Source of the DNA: Bdellovibrionota bacterium
GTDB taxonomy: Bacteria > Bdellovibrionota_C > UBA2361 > JBIKUX01
Reading direction: 5' to 3'
Assembly: GCA_044347345.1 (NCBI GenBank)
Contig: JBIKUX010000042.1
Location: 1-13,845, forward strand
DNA length: 13,845 bases
Program-made: the position numbers and the translations under genes
Notes under the pieces: model-generated
Told to the model about the DNA's origin: nothing
The model's input: only the letters and a program-made list of their open reading frames with translations
Database searches by the model: none
Shown here: one piece after another, positions 1 to 8,004 of the stretch
How positions within the stretch are numbered: position 1 is the stretch's first letter
How the letters are laid out: each line of letters begins with the position of its first letter

Positions 1-28
1 CTACTACTACTACTACTACTACTACTAC
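1..28 (+). repeat. (CTA/ACT)n trinucleotide microsatellite, at least 9 units, truncated by window edge; encodes poly-Thr
   Basis: ctactactactactactactactactac read directly, then degenerate acg aat act aat act. Confidence 0.95.
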
Positions 29-431
29 GAATACTAATACTAGTCCTGTTACCATTGACGACTTTGGACAAATTTTCGAAGAACCTCACTTCGCACTGGA
101 ATACAATAGACAAGTCATCCCGATTTACACAACCGATTCCAACTTCGAGTCATACCTGGATAAATTTCCGACAAGTGAGGAGACAATAGCAATAGCTAAG
201 TTAGTTTCAAGTGTATACGCGCTCACTCCCTTAGAGGATAATAATTTGAGGGAACCGGCAATTTTTATTGATAACAGCGGTAACCCCTATATAGGGCATA
301 TTTCAGAGAACACGTCAGAAAACACGTCAGAGAAAACGGTGATAATAACACACATGATTACTCGCTTTGACAATAATGGCATTCAAAATATTAGTCTAGT
401 ACCAGCGAGAGCTCAAATAATTATAGAATAA
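3..431 (+). CDS. 5'-truncated hypothetical protein (at least 142 aa) with a Thr-rich linker
   Basis: The frame of the listed 246..431 ORF is open back to position 3: TTTTTTTTTNTNTSPVTIDDFGQIFEEPHFALEYNRQVIPIY...ARAQIIIE*. The TTG at 246 is therefore probably internal. No family recognised. Confidence 0.7.
   Translation, partial: TTTTTTTTTNTNTSPVTIDDFGQIFEEPHFALEYNRQVIPIYTTDSNFESYLDKFPTSEETIAIAKLVSSVYALTPLEDNNLREPAIFIDNSGNPYIGHISENTSENTSEKTVIITHMITRFDNNGIQNISLVPARAQIIIE
303..338 (+). repeat. 12-bp in-frame tandem repeat x3 (SENT-SENT-SEKT)
   Basis: tcagagaacacg / tcagaaaacacg / tcagagaaaacg. Confidence 0.9.
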
Positions 432-453
432 ACGGGAAAACTCAAATATTTTT

Positions 454-502
454 CTAGTTAACTACTTAAATATTTGGTGTTTAAGTTTGGTTAGTTATCT
501 AG
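454..502. terminator. Imperfect AT-rich inverted repeat between convergent genes; possible bidirectional terminator
   Basis: ctagttaacta (454-464) vs tagttatctag (492-502), 1 mismatch; inner acttaaata (464-472) vs tgtttaagt (478-486). Lies between stops at 431 (+) and 538 (-). GC-poor, so weak. Confidence 0.35.
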
Positions 503-537
503 GATTATTTCGTGACCATCAATTTGACCTACAATCC

Positions 538-1617
538 TCATAACATCTGATTTTGATTGCGGTTTCGAATATACCGCAGATTTTGTTTTAGAATAGCAAT
601 TACAGGAGCTACGTTAGGGTCATTACGATACGGTTTTGCTAATTTAAGTGAAAACGACTTGACAACTTGTTTGTATGAAATAGTTGGACTAGCTCGCATC
701 CATCTCAAAAGATTTATAAGACCAAGATTATTACGTAAAGCAAAAAACAATGCTGGGTTATCAGCTAACTGAAATCTAGCCAACCCATTTTTATAATGCC
801 TGTAAATGCAATTAAGCTGCATATCGGTTAGCTTCAATGGGTCAGATGCCACTTTTAACGAAATGTTTCCTAACAAGAGTGCAGGTAGAGCTTGATGAGC
901 GCCTGTTGACCACGAACCCACCCACTTAGTTGCTCCATCAAGGGCAACTATAGCTTTTGGAGTATTTGGCTCCAAAGAATCTGTTGCAAACCAAATACCT
1001 CTGAAGAGATCTCGCAAAAATAGTATTGAACTGCCTGAATGCTCAAAACGAAGCCCTATCTCAGGAACACCAGTAACAAGCCGTAATTTAGCCAACCAAG
1101 ACGCTTGCGCAGTATCTGTAGCTGGCGAAAATAGGGCTTGAGAAGTAAGCCCAGAAAATGTGATCCTAAGCCATCTTTTACTTCCCCAAATAACGGCGAT
1201 ACGAGGTTTTTCGGGCGAATCACCAAAATTCTGATAGCCAATTAGACTTCCGCCCACTAATTTTGGGCTCAATAATAACTTTCTCGCATCATCACTATCC
1301 TTAACCTCTTGCGCTAGTGTTGAGACCGCTGGACCATCTAGCCCGATACTATAAGAAAGCTTCTTTGCAAGTATACGACTTTGTCCGCCATAAGCGTCTT
1401 CATCAGCAAAGAGAGAAACGAGCAGAGGTGAAGAAGGGACACAGAGATGTACAAAAACATATTGTCCGAAGGAAAGTATACTTCCGATTAGCAAGACAAC
1501 AAGTACCGATTTTTTATTTCGAGAGACCGTAAATAAAACTATAATACCGATTAGCGCTGCCACTGCTGGAAGCACTAGCAGCTGAGTAGACGGCAAAAAA
1601 GACAAAGTCCTACTCAT
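538..1617 (-). CDS. Hypothetical membrane-anchored protein: 2 N-terminal TM helices, alpha/beta domain, degenerate TPR-like C-terminus
   Basis: 359-aa ORF. Hydrophobic segments LLVLPAVAALIGIIVLFTV and VLVVLLIGSILSFGQYVFVHL. C-terminal HYKNGLARFQLADNPALFFALRNNLGLI resembles the TPR pattern 'Y..AL......P...A....NNLG'. Overlaps the upstream gene by 8 nt. Confidence 0.7.
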   Translation of the reverse strand: MSRTLSFLPSTQLLVLPAVAALIGIIVLFTVSRNKKSVLVVLLIGSILSFGQYVFVHLCVPSSPLLVSLFADEDAYGGQSRILAKKLSYSIGLDGPAVSTLAQEVKDSDDARKLLLSPKLVGGSLIGYQNFGDSPEKPRIAVIWGSKRWLRITFSGLTSQALFSPATDTAQASWLAKLRLVTGVPEIGLRFEHSGSSILFLRDLFRGIWFATDSLEPNTPKAIVALDGATKWVGSWSTGAHQALPALLLGNISLKVASDPLKLTDMQLNCIYRHYKNGLARFQLADNPALFFALRNNLGLINLLRWMRASPTISYKQVVKSFSLKLAKPYRNDPNVAPVIAILKQNLRYIRNRNQNQML

Positions 1618-2035
1618 CTATTTCCAGATACAAATTAAGAAACTTGGGCAGAGTCAGAGAAGAATTAGGATCTAAAATTTCTTGAAAATCTTTGGTAGTT
1701 AATAGTACTAATTTCACTCCCGATGCTTGCAAAAAATATGGTAATGCCGCCTGACTTTCAAGCAAGCTTAAGTCTATAGCCTCTCCACTTGAGGCTGAAA
1801 AATCAACTACCAAGCGAGGATTTTGGCCGTAATCTACCACAGTAAATAGGCACCGAGTACTTCGTGCCCAGCCAGATAACTCATCACGACTTCTTACCTC
1901 CTTTTCGTCTGGAAAGCTCTCTGGAACCTCTCCACCGCTTACAGCTAATGCGCTCATTCCAAAGATTACTTGATCTTCACCAAAAACGGCTGTGAGCATC
2001 CGAAACAGTTGCGCCTCTTTTACCTCCATCACCAC
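1610..2035 (-). CDS. DUF2726-like (PD-(D/E)xK/Vsr-like fold) protein, catalytic residues apparently degenerate
   Basis: 141-aa ORF. EAQLFRMLTAVFGEDQVIFGM...RCLFTVVD..QNPRLVVDF...FLQASGVKLVLL follows the remembered DUF2726 pattern (E..F...L......VF..V...HVDFV..D....P...IELD.....AGIPL). AAAGGAG lies upstream of the GTG. CDS is likely; the family call is by eye. Confidence 0.55.
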   Translation of the reverse strand: MVMEVKEAQLFRMLTAVFGEDQVIFGMSALAVSGGEVPESFPDEKEVRSRDELSGWARSTRCLFTVVDYGQNPRLVVDFSASSGEAIDLSLLESQAALPYFLQASGVKLVLLTTKDFQEILDPNSSLTLPKFLNLYLEIDE

Positions 2036-2071
2036 TTTGTTCTAATCGCTCCTTTGAATTATAGTCGTAAC

Positions 2072-2584
2072 ATGACCATGCGAAAAATTATCTACTACCC
2101 TAACCCTATATTAAAAGAAACTGCTAATCCGGTTACCTCGTATGACGAAGAACTCACCGAATTAGTAAATGATATGCGAGAAACAATGTATGAATCTCGT
2201 GGAATCGGGTTAGCAGCTCCCCAAATAGGAGTGCTAACTAGAGTCATTGTTGTTGATGTTAGTGATGACCAATCGGGATTCTTCACATTAATTAACCCTG
2301 AAATTATAAGCCACTCTGGCACAGAAAGGTCTCAAGAGGGTTGTCTGAGCATTCCGGAGTATCGAGAAACGATTAACCGTCACAAATCTGTCACAGTAAC
2401 AGGAAATTCTCTTACTGGTGAGATTGTAACCCTAGAGGCTCAGGGGCTACTAGGCTTTTGCCTCCAACATGAAATTGATCACCTTAACGGTATTCTTTTT
2501 ATTGACCGTTTGAGTAGACTTAAAAAAGAATTTTTTAACAAATGGTGGCAAAAGCAATTACTTGAACAAAATCAAACGATTTAA
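2072..2584 (+). CDS. def: Peptide deformylase
   Basis: Motifs GIGLAAPQIG, EGCLSIP, QHEIDHLNG. Start placed at ATG 2072 (MTMRKIIYYPNPILK; 2078 alternative) rather than 1970, which would overlap the divergent gene. Confidence 0.97.
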   Translation: MTMRKIIYYPNPILKETANPVTSYDEELTELVNDMRETMYESRGIGLAAPQIGVLTRVIVVDVSDDQSGFFTLINPEIISHSGTERSQEGCLSIPEYRETINRHKSVTVTGNSLTGEIVTLEAQGLLGFCLQHEIDHLNGILFIDRLSRLKKEFFNKWWQKQLLEQNQTI

Positions 2585-2598
2585 TTAATGTAACCCCA

Positions 2599-3639
2599 GT
2601 GACTATACCAAATAACTTTTCTTCCGAATTAACCCCCCCAGCTAAACCGTTAAGAATTGTTTTTTTTGGAACTCCCGAGTTTGCAGTTACTATTTTACGC
2701 GCCCTTTGTGAACTTAAGGGTATTGAAGTCGTACTATGCGTAACTCAACCTGATACTCCGCAGGGACGCGGCAAAAAAATTACTCCGTCACCTGTAAAAG
2801 CTTATGCAACTGCACAAGGTATCCCCATCTATCAGCCTCAGCGGCTTAAATCTGATAGGAACGAGGTAGAAAAAACTTTAGGTAATTTCGAGCCTTTCGA
2901 TGGAGCCGTAGTGGTTGCGTTTGGACAAATCTTACCTAAGTGGTTACTTGAATTATTTAATAGCCGCTGCGTAAACGTGCATGCTTCATTATTGCCACAA
3001 CTAAGGGGAGCTGCACCAATTATACGAGCTATACTTGAAGGTCATACTCAAACCGGAATCTGCTTAATGAAAATGGAGGAAGGCTTAGATAGTGGCCCCG
3101 TCTATAAATGTGCGGCTATCCCTGTAACCAGTACTACTACCGGTGGAGAACTTCATGATGCATTAGCAGAACTTGGAAGCGCGCTAATAAAAGATTGGAT
3201 TCAAGATATTTTGAGAGGAGATGTAATAGCTAAGCCACAAGACGAAAATAACGCCTCTTATGCCGCTAAAATTTCCTCCACAGATCGCATTATAGATTGG
3301 AAATTATCAGCAGACCAAATAGAAAGAACAATTAGAGCTTTTGCTCCCTCACCTTGCGCTGTTTCAGAAGTAGTACTAAATACTTCTAAATTAGAGCGTA
3401 TAAAAATAGGTGAAGCGCGCGTAAGCAATTTTAACGAAACTTCACCTTATCTATCATCGCCACCAGGCACAATTATTTCTGTAAACGGCGACTCCCTAGG
3501 AGATGGTCTTGTAGTTCGATGCGGAGTTGGTTGTCTCGTCCTTACTCGGCTACAACGTTCAGGTCGTTTAATGAATAATTGGAACGAAATTAAAAAGAGT
3601 GGAATATTTCAACTCGGAATGCAATTTCATATCAATTAA
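2599..3639 (+). CDS. fmt: Methionyl-tRNA formyltransferase
   Basis: LRIVFFGTPEFA, VTQPD..GRG, VVAFGQILP, NVHASLLP..RGAAPI, GLDSGP; directly follows def. Confidence 0.97.
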   Translation: MTIPNNFSSELTPPAKPLRIVFFGTPEFAVTILRALCELKGIEVVLCVTQPDTPQGRGKKITPSPVKAYATAQGIPIYQPQRLKSDRNEVEKTLGNFEPFDGAVVVAFGQILPKWLLELFNSRCVNVHASLLPQLRGAAPIIRAILEGHTQTGICLMKMEEGLDSGPVYKCAAIPVTSTTTGGELHDALAELGSALIKDWIQDILRGDVIAKPQDENNASYAAKISSTDRIIDWKLSADQIERTIRAFAPSPCAVSEVVLNTSKLERIKIGEARVSNFNETSPYLSSPPGTIISVNGDSLGDGLVVRCGVGCLVLTRLQRSGRLMNNWNEIKKSGIFQLGMQFHIN

Positions 3640-3691
3640 CCTCAATGCTTTTTTGAATAAACCGTCTTAATATTTTACTGGTATTTTTTGA

Positions 3692-4372
3692 ATGACAAAA
3701 TCATCAGGCCAAATTCTTCCATCGCTTCTTAACGCTGACATCGGCTCACTTAGGTCGAGCATTGAATCATTAAAACTGACAGGAGCAAGCGGATTTCATC
3801 TCGATATTATGGATGGTCATTTTGTACCACCCATATCATTTGGAGATAATATCTCATCGCTACTAAACTCATTGGGTGTTTCTGAAATAGAAACTCATCT
3901 CATGGTTGCCAATCCAGAGCGTCACATTGATTCATTTATAGCTGCTGGTAGCACCCGCATAATTTTTCATTACGAAGCGTCTCACCATTCACACAGACTT
4001 CTTAGCTATATAAAAACTCAGAAAATAGAAACTGGAATAGCCATAAATCCCGGAACTCCTCTAGCTATGATTGAGGACGTTATTGAGTTATGTGACGTAC
4101 TTCTTATTATGACCGTAAATCCTGGTTGGGGCGGACAATCTTTTATCTCTAGCTCGTTACGTAAGATTTCTGATGCCGCCGAAATTATCAAAAAACGAAG
4201 ACTTGATACAAAAATTGAGGTTGATGGAGGTATTAACGAGGCTACCATTACTTTTTGCCGTAACGCTGGTGCTTCTCTATTTGTTGTGGGAAGTGCTCTC
4301 TTTAAAAATTTAGACCCAGCAGGCCAATTTAATAATCTCAGTAATCTCCTCTGCTCCGAGCAAGCAAATTAA
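3692..4372 (+). CDS. rpe: Ribulose-phosphate 3-epimerase
   Basis: HLDIMDGHFVP, ETHLMV, MTVNPGWGGQSF, IEVDGGIN, VVGSALF. Confidence 0.96.
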   Translation: MTKSSGQILPSLLNADIGSLRSSIESLKLTGASGFHLDIMDGHFVPPISFGDNISSLLNSLGVSEIETHLMVANPERHIDSFIAAGSTRIIFHYEASHHSHRLLSYIKTQKIETGIAINPGTPLAMIEDVIELCDVLLIMTVNPGWGGQSFISSSLRKISDAAEIIKKRRLDTKIEVDGGINEATITFCRNAGASLFVVGSALFKNLDPAGQFNNLSNLLCSEQAN

Positions 4373-4418
4373 GATTTACTGAATAAATAATTGTGCTAAC
4401 AGTTTCGGAAATCTTGGC

Positions 4419-4889
4419 GTGAGAATTTTTTTGGCATTTCTTTACATTTTGCCATTACTTGGATGTAGTCAAACTGCTGAACCACTATCCACTTCTCGCC
4501 TATCCACTTCTCGCTTACCTACTTTTGGCTCATTGCCACAAGCCCTTAAGTATCTGTCAGAAGAAAAGATTGACGGCCTTTTTATTTACTTTTATTCATC
4601 TTCCTGTTTGCCTTGCAGAGTTTTTGAACAAAAAGTTTTAAATGATGAAACATTTAAAAATTCATTCTCTAATATCCCAATTGTTAAAGTACAAGTTGAC
4701 GGAACAGTTAATGAGATGGCTCAAAGTATAAAATTTGGCATCAAACAAACTCCTTCATTTTTCGTTGCGCGAGCAAGAGATATTCCAGTCCAGATACCCC
4801 TAAGATCTCAGAAAGGTTGTGGAATTAAGTGTATAGATTTAACCAAGCTTGTTTATAAAATTAAGCATATTTTAAGGGCGGAAAAGTGA
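4419..4889 (+). CDS. Thioredoxin-fold lipoprotein (CxxC)
   Basis: Signal peptide with lipobox LLG-C16; FYSSSCLPC (C63/C66); cis-Pro-like QTPSF; extra C-terminal GCGIKC. Stop overlaps the receptor start (GTGA). Confidence 0.85.
   Translation: MRIFLAFLYILPLLGCSQTAEPLSTSRLSTSRLPTFGSLPQALKYLSEEKIDGLFIYFYSSSCLPCRVFEQKVLNDETFKNSFSNIPIVKVQVDGTVNEMAQSIKFGIKQTPSFFVARARDIPVQIPLRSQKGCGIKCIDLTKLVYKIKHILRAEK
4485..4529 (+). repeat. 15-bp in-frame tandem repeat (2 perfect + 1 degenerate copy) in the lipoprotein tether
   Basis: ctatccacttctcgc ctatccacttctcgc ttacctacttttggc = LSTSR LSTSR LPTFG. Confidence 0.9.
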
Positions 4890-6958
4890 CGAATTGTCGC
4901 CTATTAAATTGGGTCAGCACCACTATTTTTTCATTAAGTTTTTTCTCATTAGCTATAGCTCAGGAAAATACGGAAATGTTGAATAGTTTTTCAACTGAGG
5001 TAGTTGTAACTGGCACCAGAACGGAAAACACTTTAAGTGAGGTTCCTGTCCGCACCGAAGTTATCAAAAGAAAGCAAATTGAACAGACCAGTTCTCGAAA
5101 TCTAGCCGACGCTGTTGAATTTACTACCGGCGTGCGAGTAGAAGATAATTGTCAAAGTTGCAATTTTTCGCAGATTCGACTGAATGGTCTACCCGGTTCA
5201 TTCACTCAAATTCTTTTCGATTCTCAGCCAACAATATCTTCTTTGGCCGCAGTTTATGGGATTGAGCAAATCCCCTCTCGTCTTATCGAAAGAATTGAAG
5301 TTGTAAAAGGGGGAGCATCTTCTATTTACGGGCCAGGCGCTATCGGAGGGATTATTAACGTAATTCCCTATATTCCGGCAAAAACTGGAGTAAAAGCCGA
5401 ATACCGATTTGAATATATGGACGGCTCTACCGGCGATAGTAGTAGTGGATTTAATCATGGCTCTAATGGCTCACTAGACTACGTCAGTGATGACAGGTAC
5501 TCATTGGGAACTCTCTTTTTTCAAACAGATTTAGTAGAACCACTTGACTTAAACAGAGATGGTTTTACCGAAGTTTCCAATAGAGAGCTACAATCAATAG
5601 GAAGTCGATTTATTGAGCATCTCCCTAGTCAAAACGCTATGATCATATTTTTTTATTCTCATACTAATGAATACCGACGTGGAGGCGATAACATCGTCCG
5701 CCCTCCAACTGAAGTGAGCTTAGCAGAAGAAATTACCACCATTCGAGACGAAATCAGTACAACTTTTAATCAAACTGTTTCTCCATCTTTCGACTATCGA
5801 TTAACTTCAGGATTTTCTTCTGTTCAGCGCTCTTCCTATTACGGAGCCAATGGCAACCCCAATGCATTTGGTGACACGGAGAATCCGCTTATCAATCTTG
5901 ACTCGCAGTTTAACTATTATGGCTCTTTACTTGGTGATCACATTCTTTCATTCGGCATTCAGCGTCGAGACGAATATGTTGAGGATAATCTTCCAGGAGT
6001 TAATCGATTTATTGATGAGCACTACTTCTATACCGGTGTGTATCTACAAGATGAATACTCTCCTGCGGATAAAATTGACTTAGTTATCGGATCTCGAATT
6101 GATAAACATTCAGAAATTAACTCGCCTGTCATATCCCCTCGCCTCTCAATAAAATACTCTCCTAGAAATAACCTTCATCTCAGAAGTAGCGTTTCAACCG
6201 GATTTAGAGCACCACAAGTATTTGATGAAGATCTTCATCTAGCAATAGTCGGGGGTGAAGGCACTGTCATCCGAAACAGTGCAGATTTAGATGAAGAAAA
6301 AAGCATTAGCTACCAAAGTGGGGTTGAATGGACACCGCAACTCACAGATAAAACCATCGGCTTATTTGAGGCCAATCTATTTAACACTCTGATAAGTGAC
6401 TCCTTCTTTGTTGATCCGACGGATAATCCAGACACCATGGATCAATTTGAATTTACACGCATAAATCGTGGTGGTGCTGAAGTTTACGGTGTAGAACTTA
6501 ACCATGGCTACCGCTATGACAACCAATTTTCTGTAGATGCTGGATTTGTTTTTCAACGTGCTCGGTACGATAACCTAGACGATGATTTTAAAATTAGAGA
6601 TTTTTTCCGCACCCCACAAAACTACGGCATACTCTCCGGTTCATGGCAAAACAATGACATGTTTGATTTGTTTGTAGGATTAAAATACACAGGGCGGATG
6701 TTTATCCAGCATTATGCCGGATTTATTCCTGAAGATAAGCTCGAAGAGTCACCTAAATTCCTAACTGTAGATGCCTCTATTTCAAAAAAAATTCTGCTAC
6801 AGTTAATTAATAGAGAAGTTGTACTTACAGTTGGAGGAAGAAACATTACCAATGAATATCAAAGAGATTTTGACCAAGGGATTCTTCGTGATGCAGGGTA
6901 CCGCTATGGCCCCCGCTTTCCGCGGTCTTTCTATACTACCCTAGCGGTTAATTTCTAA
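4886..6958 (+). CDS. TonB-dependent outer-membrane receptor (CirA/FepA-like annotation class), CxxC-plug subtype
   Basis: Signal peptide ending AIA-QE; TonB box EVVVTG; plug motif IERIEVVKGGASSIYGPGAIGGIINVI; GFRAP; C-terminal Phe (LAVNF); plug CQSC. Confidence 0.95.
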   Translation: MTNCRLLNWVSTTIFSLSFFSLAIAQENTEMLNSFSTEVVVTGTRTENTLSEVPVRTEVIKRKQIEQTSSRNLADAVEFTTGVRVEDNCQSCNFSQIRLNGLPGSFTQILFDSQPTISSLAAVYGIEQIPSRLIERIEVVKGGASSIYGPGAIGGIINVIPYIPAKTGVKAEYRFEYMDGSTGDSSSGFNHGSNGSLDYVSDDRYSLGTLFFQTDLVEPLDLNRDGFTEVSNRELQSIGSRFIEHLPSQNAMIIFFYSHTNEYRRGGDNIVRPPTEVSLAEEITTIRDEISTTFNQTVSPSFDYRLTSGFSSVQRSSYYGANGNPNAFGDTENPLINLDSQFNYYGSLLGDHILSFGIQRRDEYVEDNLPGVNRFIDEHYFYTGVYLQDEYSPADKIDLVIGSRIDKHSEINSPVISPRLSIKYSPRNNLHLRSSVSTGFRAPQVFDEDLHLAIVGGEGTVIRNSADLDEEKSISYQSGVEWTPQLTDKTIGLFEANLFNTLISDSFFVDPTDNPDTMDQFEFTRINRGGAEVYGVELNHGYRYDNQFSVDAGFVFQRARYDNLDDDFKIRDFFRTPQNYGILSGSWQNNDMFDLFVGLKYTGRMFIQHYAGFIPEDKLEESPKFLTVDASISKKILLQLINREVVLTVGGRNITNEYQRDFDQGILRDAGYRYGPRFPRSFYTTLAVNF

Positions 6959-6987
6959 TCACAGATAAGTAACTAAGCTTTTATATT

Positions 6988-7680
6988 ATGTTCTGGTTCA
7001 GTATTTTAGCAATTTCATATTTAATCGGAATTTTCCCGACAGGAATGTTAATATCTCGTTATTACGGCATCAGAATAGAAGACGCTGGCAGTGGTAATGT
7101 TGGAGCCACTAATGTAGCTCGAATTATCGGGAAAAAAGCCGGGCTTTTAACACTTTTAGGAGACATGACAAAAGGAATTACAGCAACACTAATCGCTAGA
7201 TTATTGTGGAACCTGTTCATTCAAGACACAGATATAGTAAGTACTACATTACTGGGGAAATCACTTGGAAGCTCTTTTGCCATGGCCTTGGGAGGCCTTT
7301 TTGCAGTGCTGGGCCACTGTTTTTCATTACCATTTAATATTCCATTGCTATTTAATGTAACATTACCAGCACTAAGAGCGCTTAAGGGCGGAAAAGGTGT
7401 GGCTACGGGGCTTGGTGTTTTGCTAGCCGCTCAACCTATCCTAGCTCTTACCACTACTCTTTTATTCATTATCACCTTTTATTTTAGCCGCATCGTATCT
7501 CTTAGCTCTATAGTAGCTACTACATTAATGCCAATTATTTATCTTTTTCTTAACCCAAACGGAGAGCAATTTATTCCCTTTGCCATAATAGCAATAGTCA
7601 TCACTTACCGACATTCCTCAAATATTAAGCGGCTTATCGAGGGAACAGAAAAAAAGTTTACCTCTCGTAAAGAAAGTTAA
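6988..7680 (+). CDS. plsY: Glycerol-3-phosphate acyltransferase (acyl-phosphate dependent)
   Basis: SYLIG..P, GSGNVGATN, D..KG, GH, KGGKGVAT, HSSNIKRL..GTE. Confidence 0.95.
   Translation: MFWFSILAISYLIGIFPTGMLISRYYGIRIEDAGSGNVGATNVARIIGKKAGLLTLLGDMTKGITATLIARLLWNLFIQDTDIVSTTLLGKSLGSSFAMALGGLFAVLGHCFSLPFNIPLLFNVTLPALRALKGGKGVATGLGVLLAAQPILALTTTLLFIITFYFSRIVSLSSIVATTLMPIIYLFLNPNGEQFIPFAIIAIVITYRHSSNIKRLIEGTEKKFTSRKES
7325..7368 (+). repeat. Degenerate 18-bp in-frame tandem repeat inside plsY
   Basis: cattaccatttaatattc / cattgctatttaatgtaa / cattacca... = LPFNIP LLFNVT LP. Confidence 0.65.
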
Positions 7681-7695
7681 ACTTTTCATTGTAGC

Positions 7696-8004
7696 TTAAG
7701 CTAATTCTATTGCATCACTTCCCACGAAAGAGATAGTTCCGTTATCCCACTGAACCTGAATAAGTAAGCTGTTTGGAGTAGACTCTTTTTTATTTGGACG
7801 AGTTTCTTTTCTTATCGAGAGAACGACTCCTTGACCTCCTGAATTAACTTGACTAGCGTGCCTTATTTTCCGAACTACTCTAGAATTCTCAGTTAAACCA
7901 TTCTCTATTGAACCAGTTACCGTTGAAGTAGGCACCTCTTCAGCACAAGACTTACCGACTGAACTCACATCTTCAAAACCTGCTTTTTTGGTATCGCTAG
8001 TCAT
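7696..8004 (-). CDS. Small hypothetical protein; C-terminal SH3-like beta-barrel (DUF4314/Mib-Herc2-like pattern)
   Basis: 102-aa ORF with ATG start and AAGGA RBS just upstream. RVVRK...GGQGVV...IQVQWDNGT pattern; fold call by eye. Confidence 0.65.
   Translation of the reverse strand: MTSDTKKAGFEDVSSVGKSCAEEVPTSTVTGSIENGLTENSRVVRKIRHASQVNSGGQGVVLSIRKETRPNKKESTPNSLLIQVQWDNGTISFVGSDAIELA

Noticed and set aside
1970-2071. N-terminal extension of def in the ORF track
   Set aside because: Overlaps the divergent gene; deformylase-like sequence begins at ATG 2072
4373-4418. Fur/Zur/DtxR box upstream of the Trx-receptor pair
   Set aside because: No convincing palindrome or consensus match in the 46-bp gap
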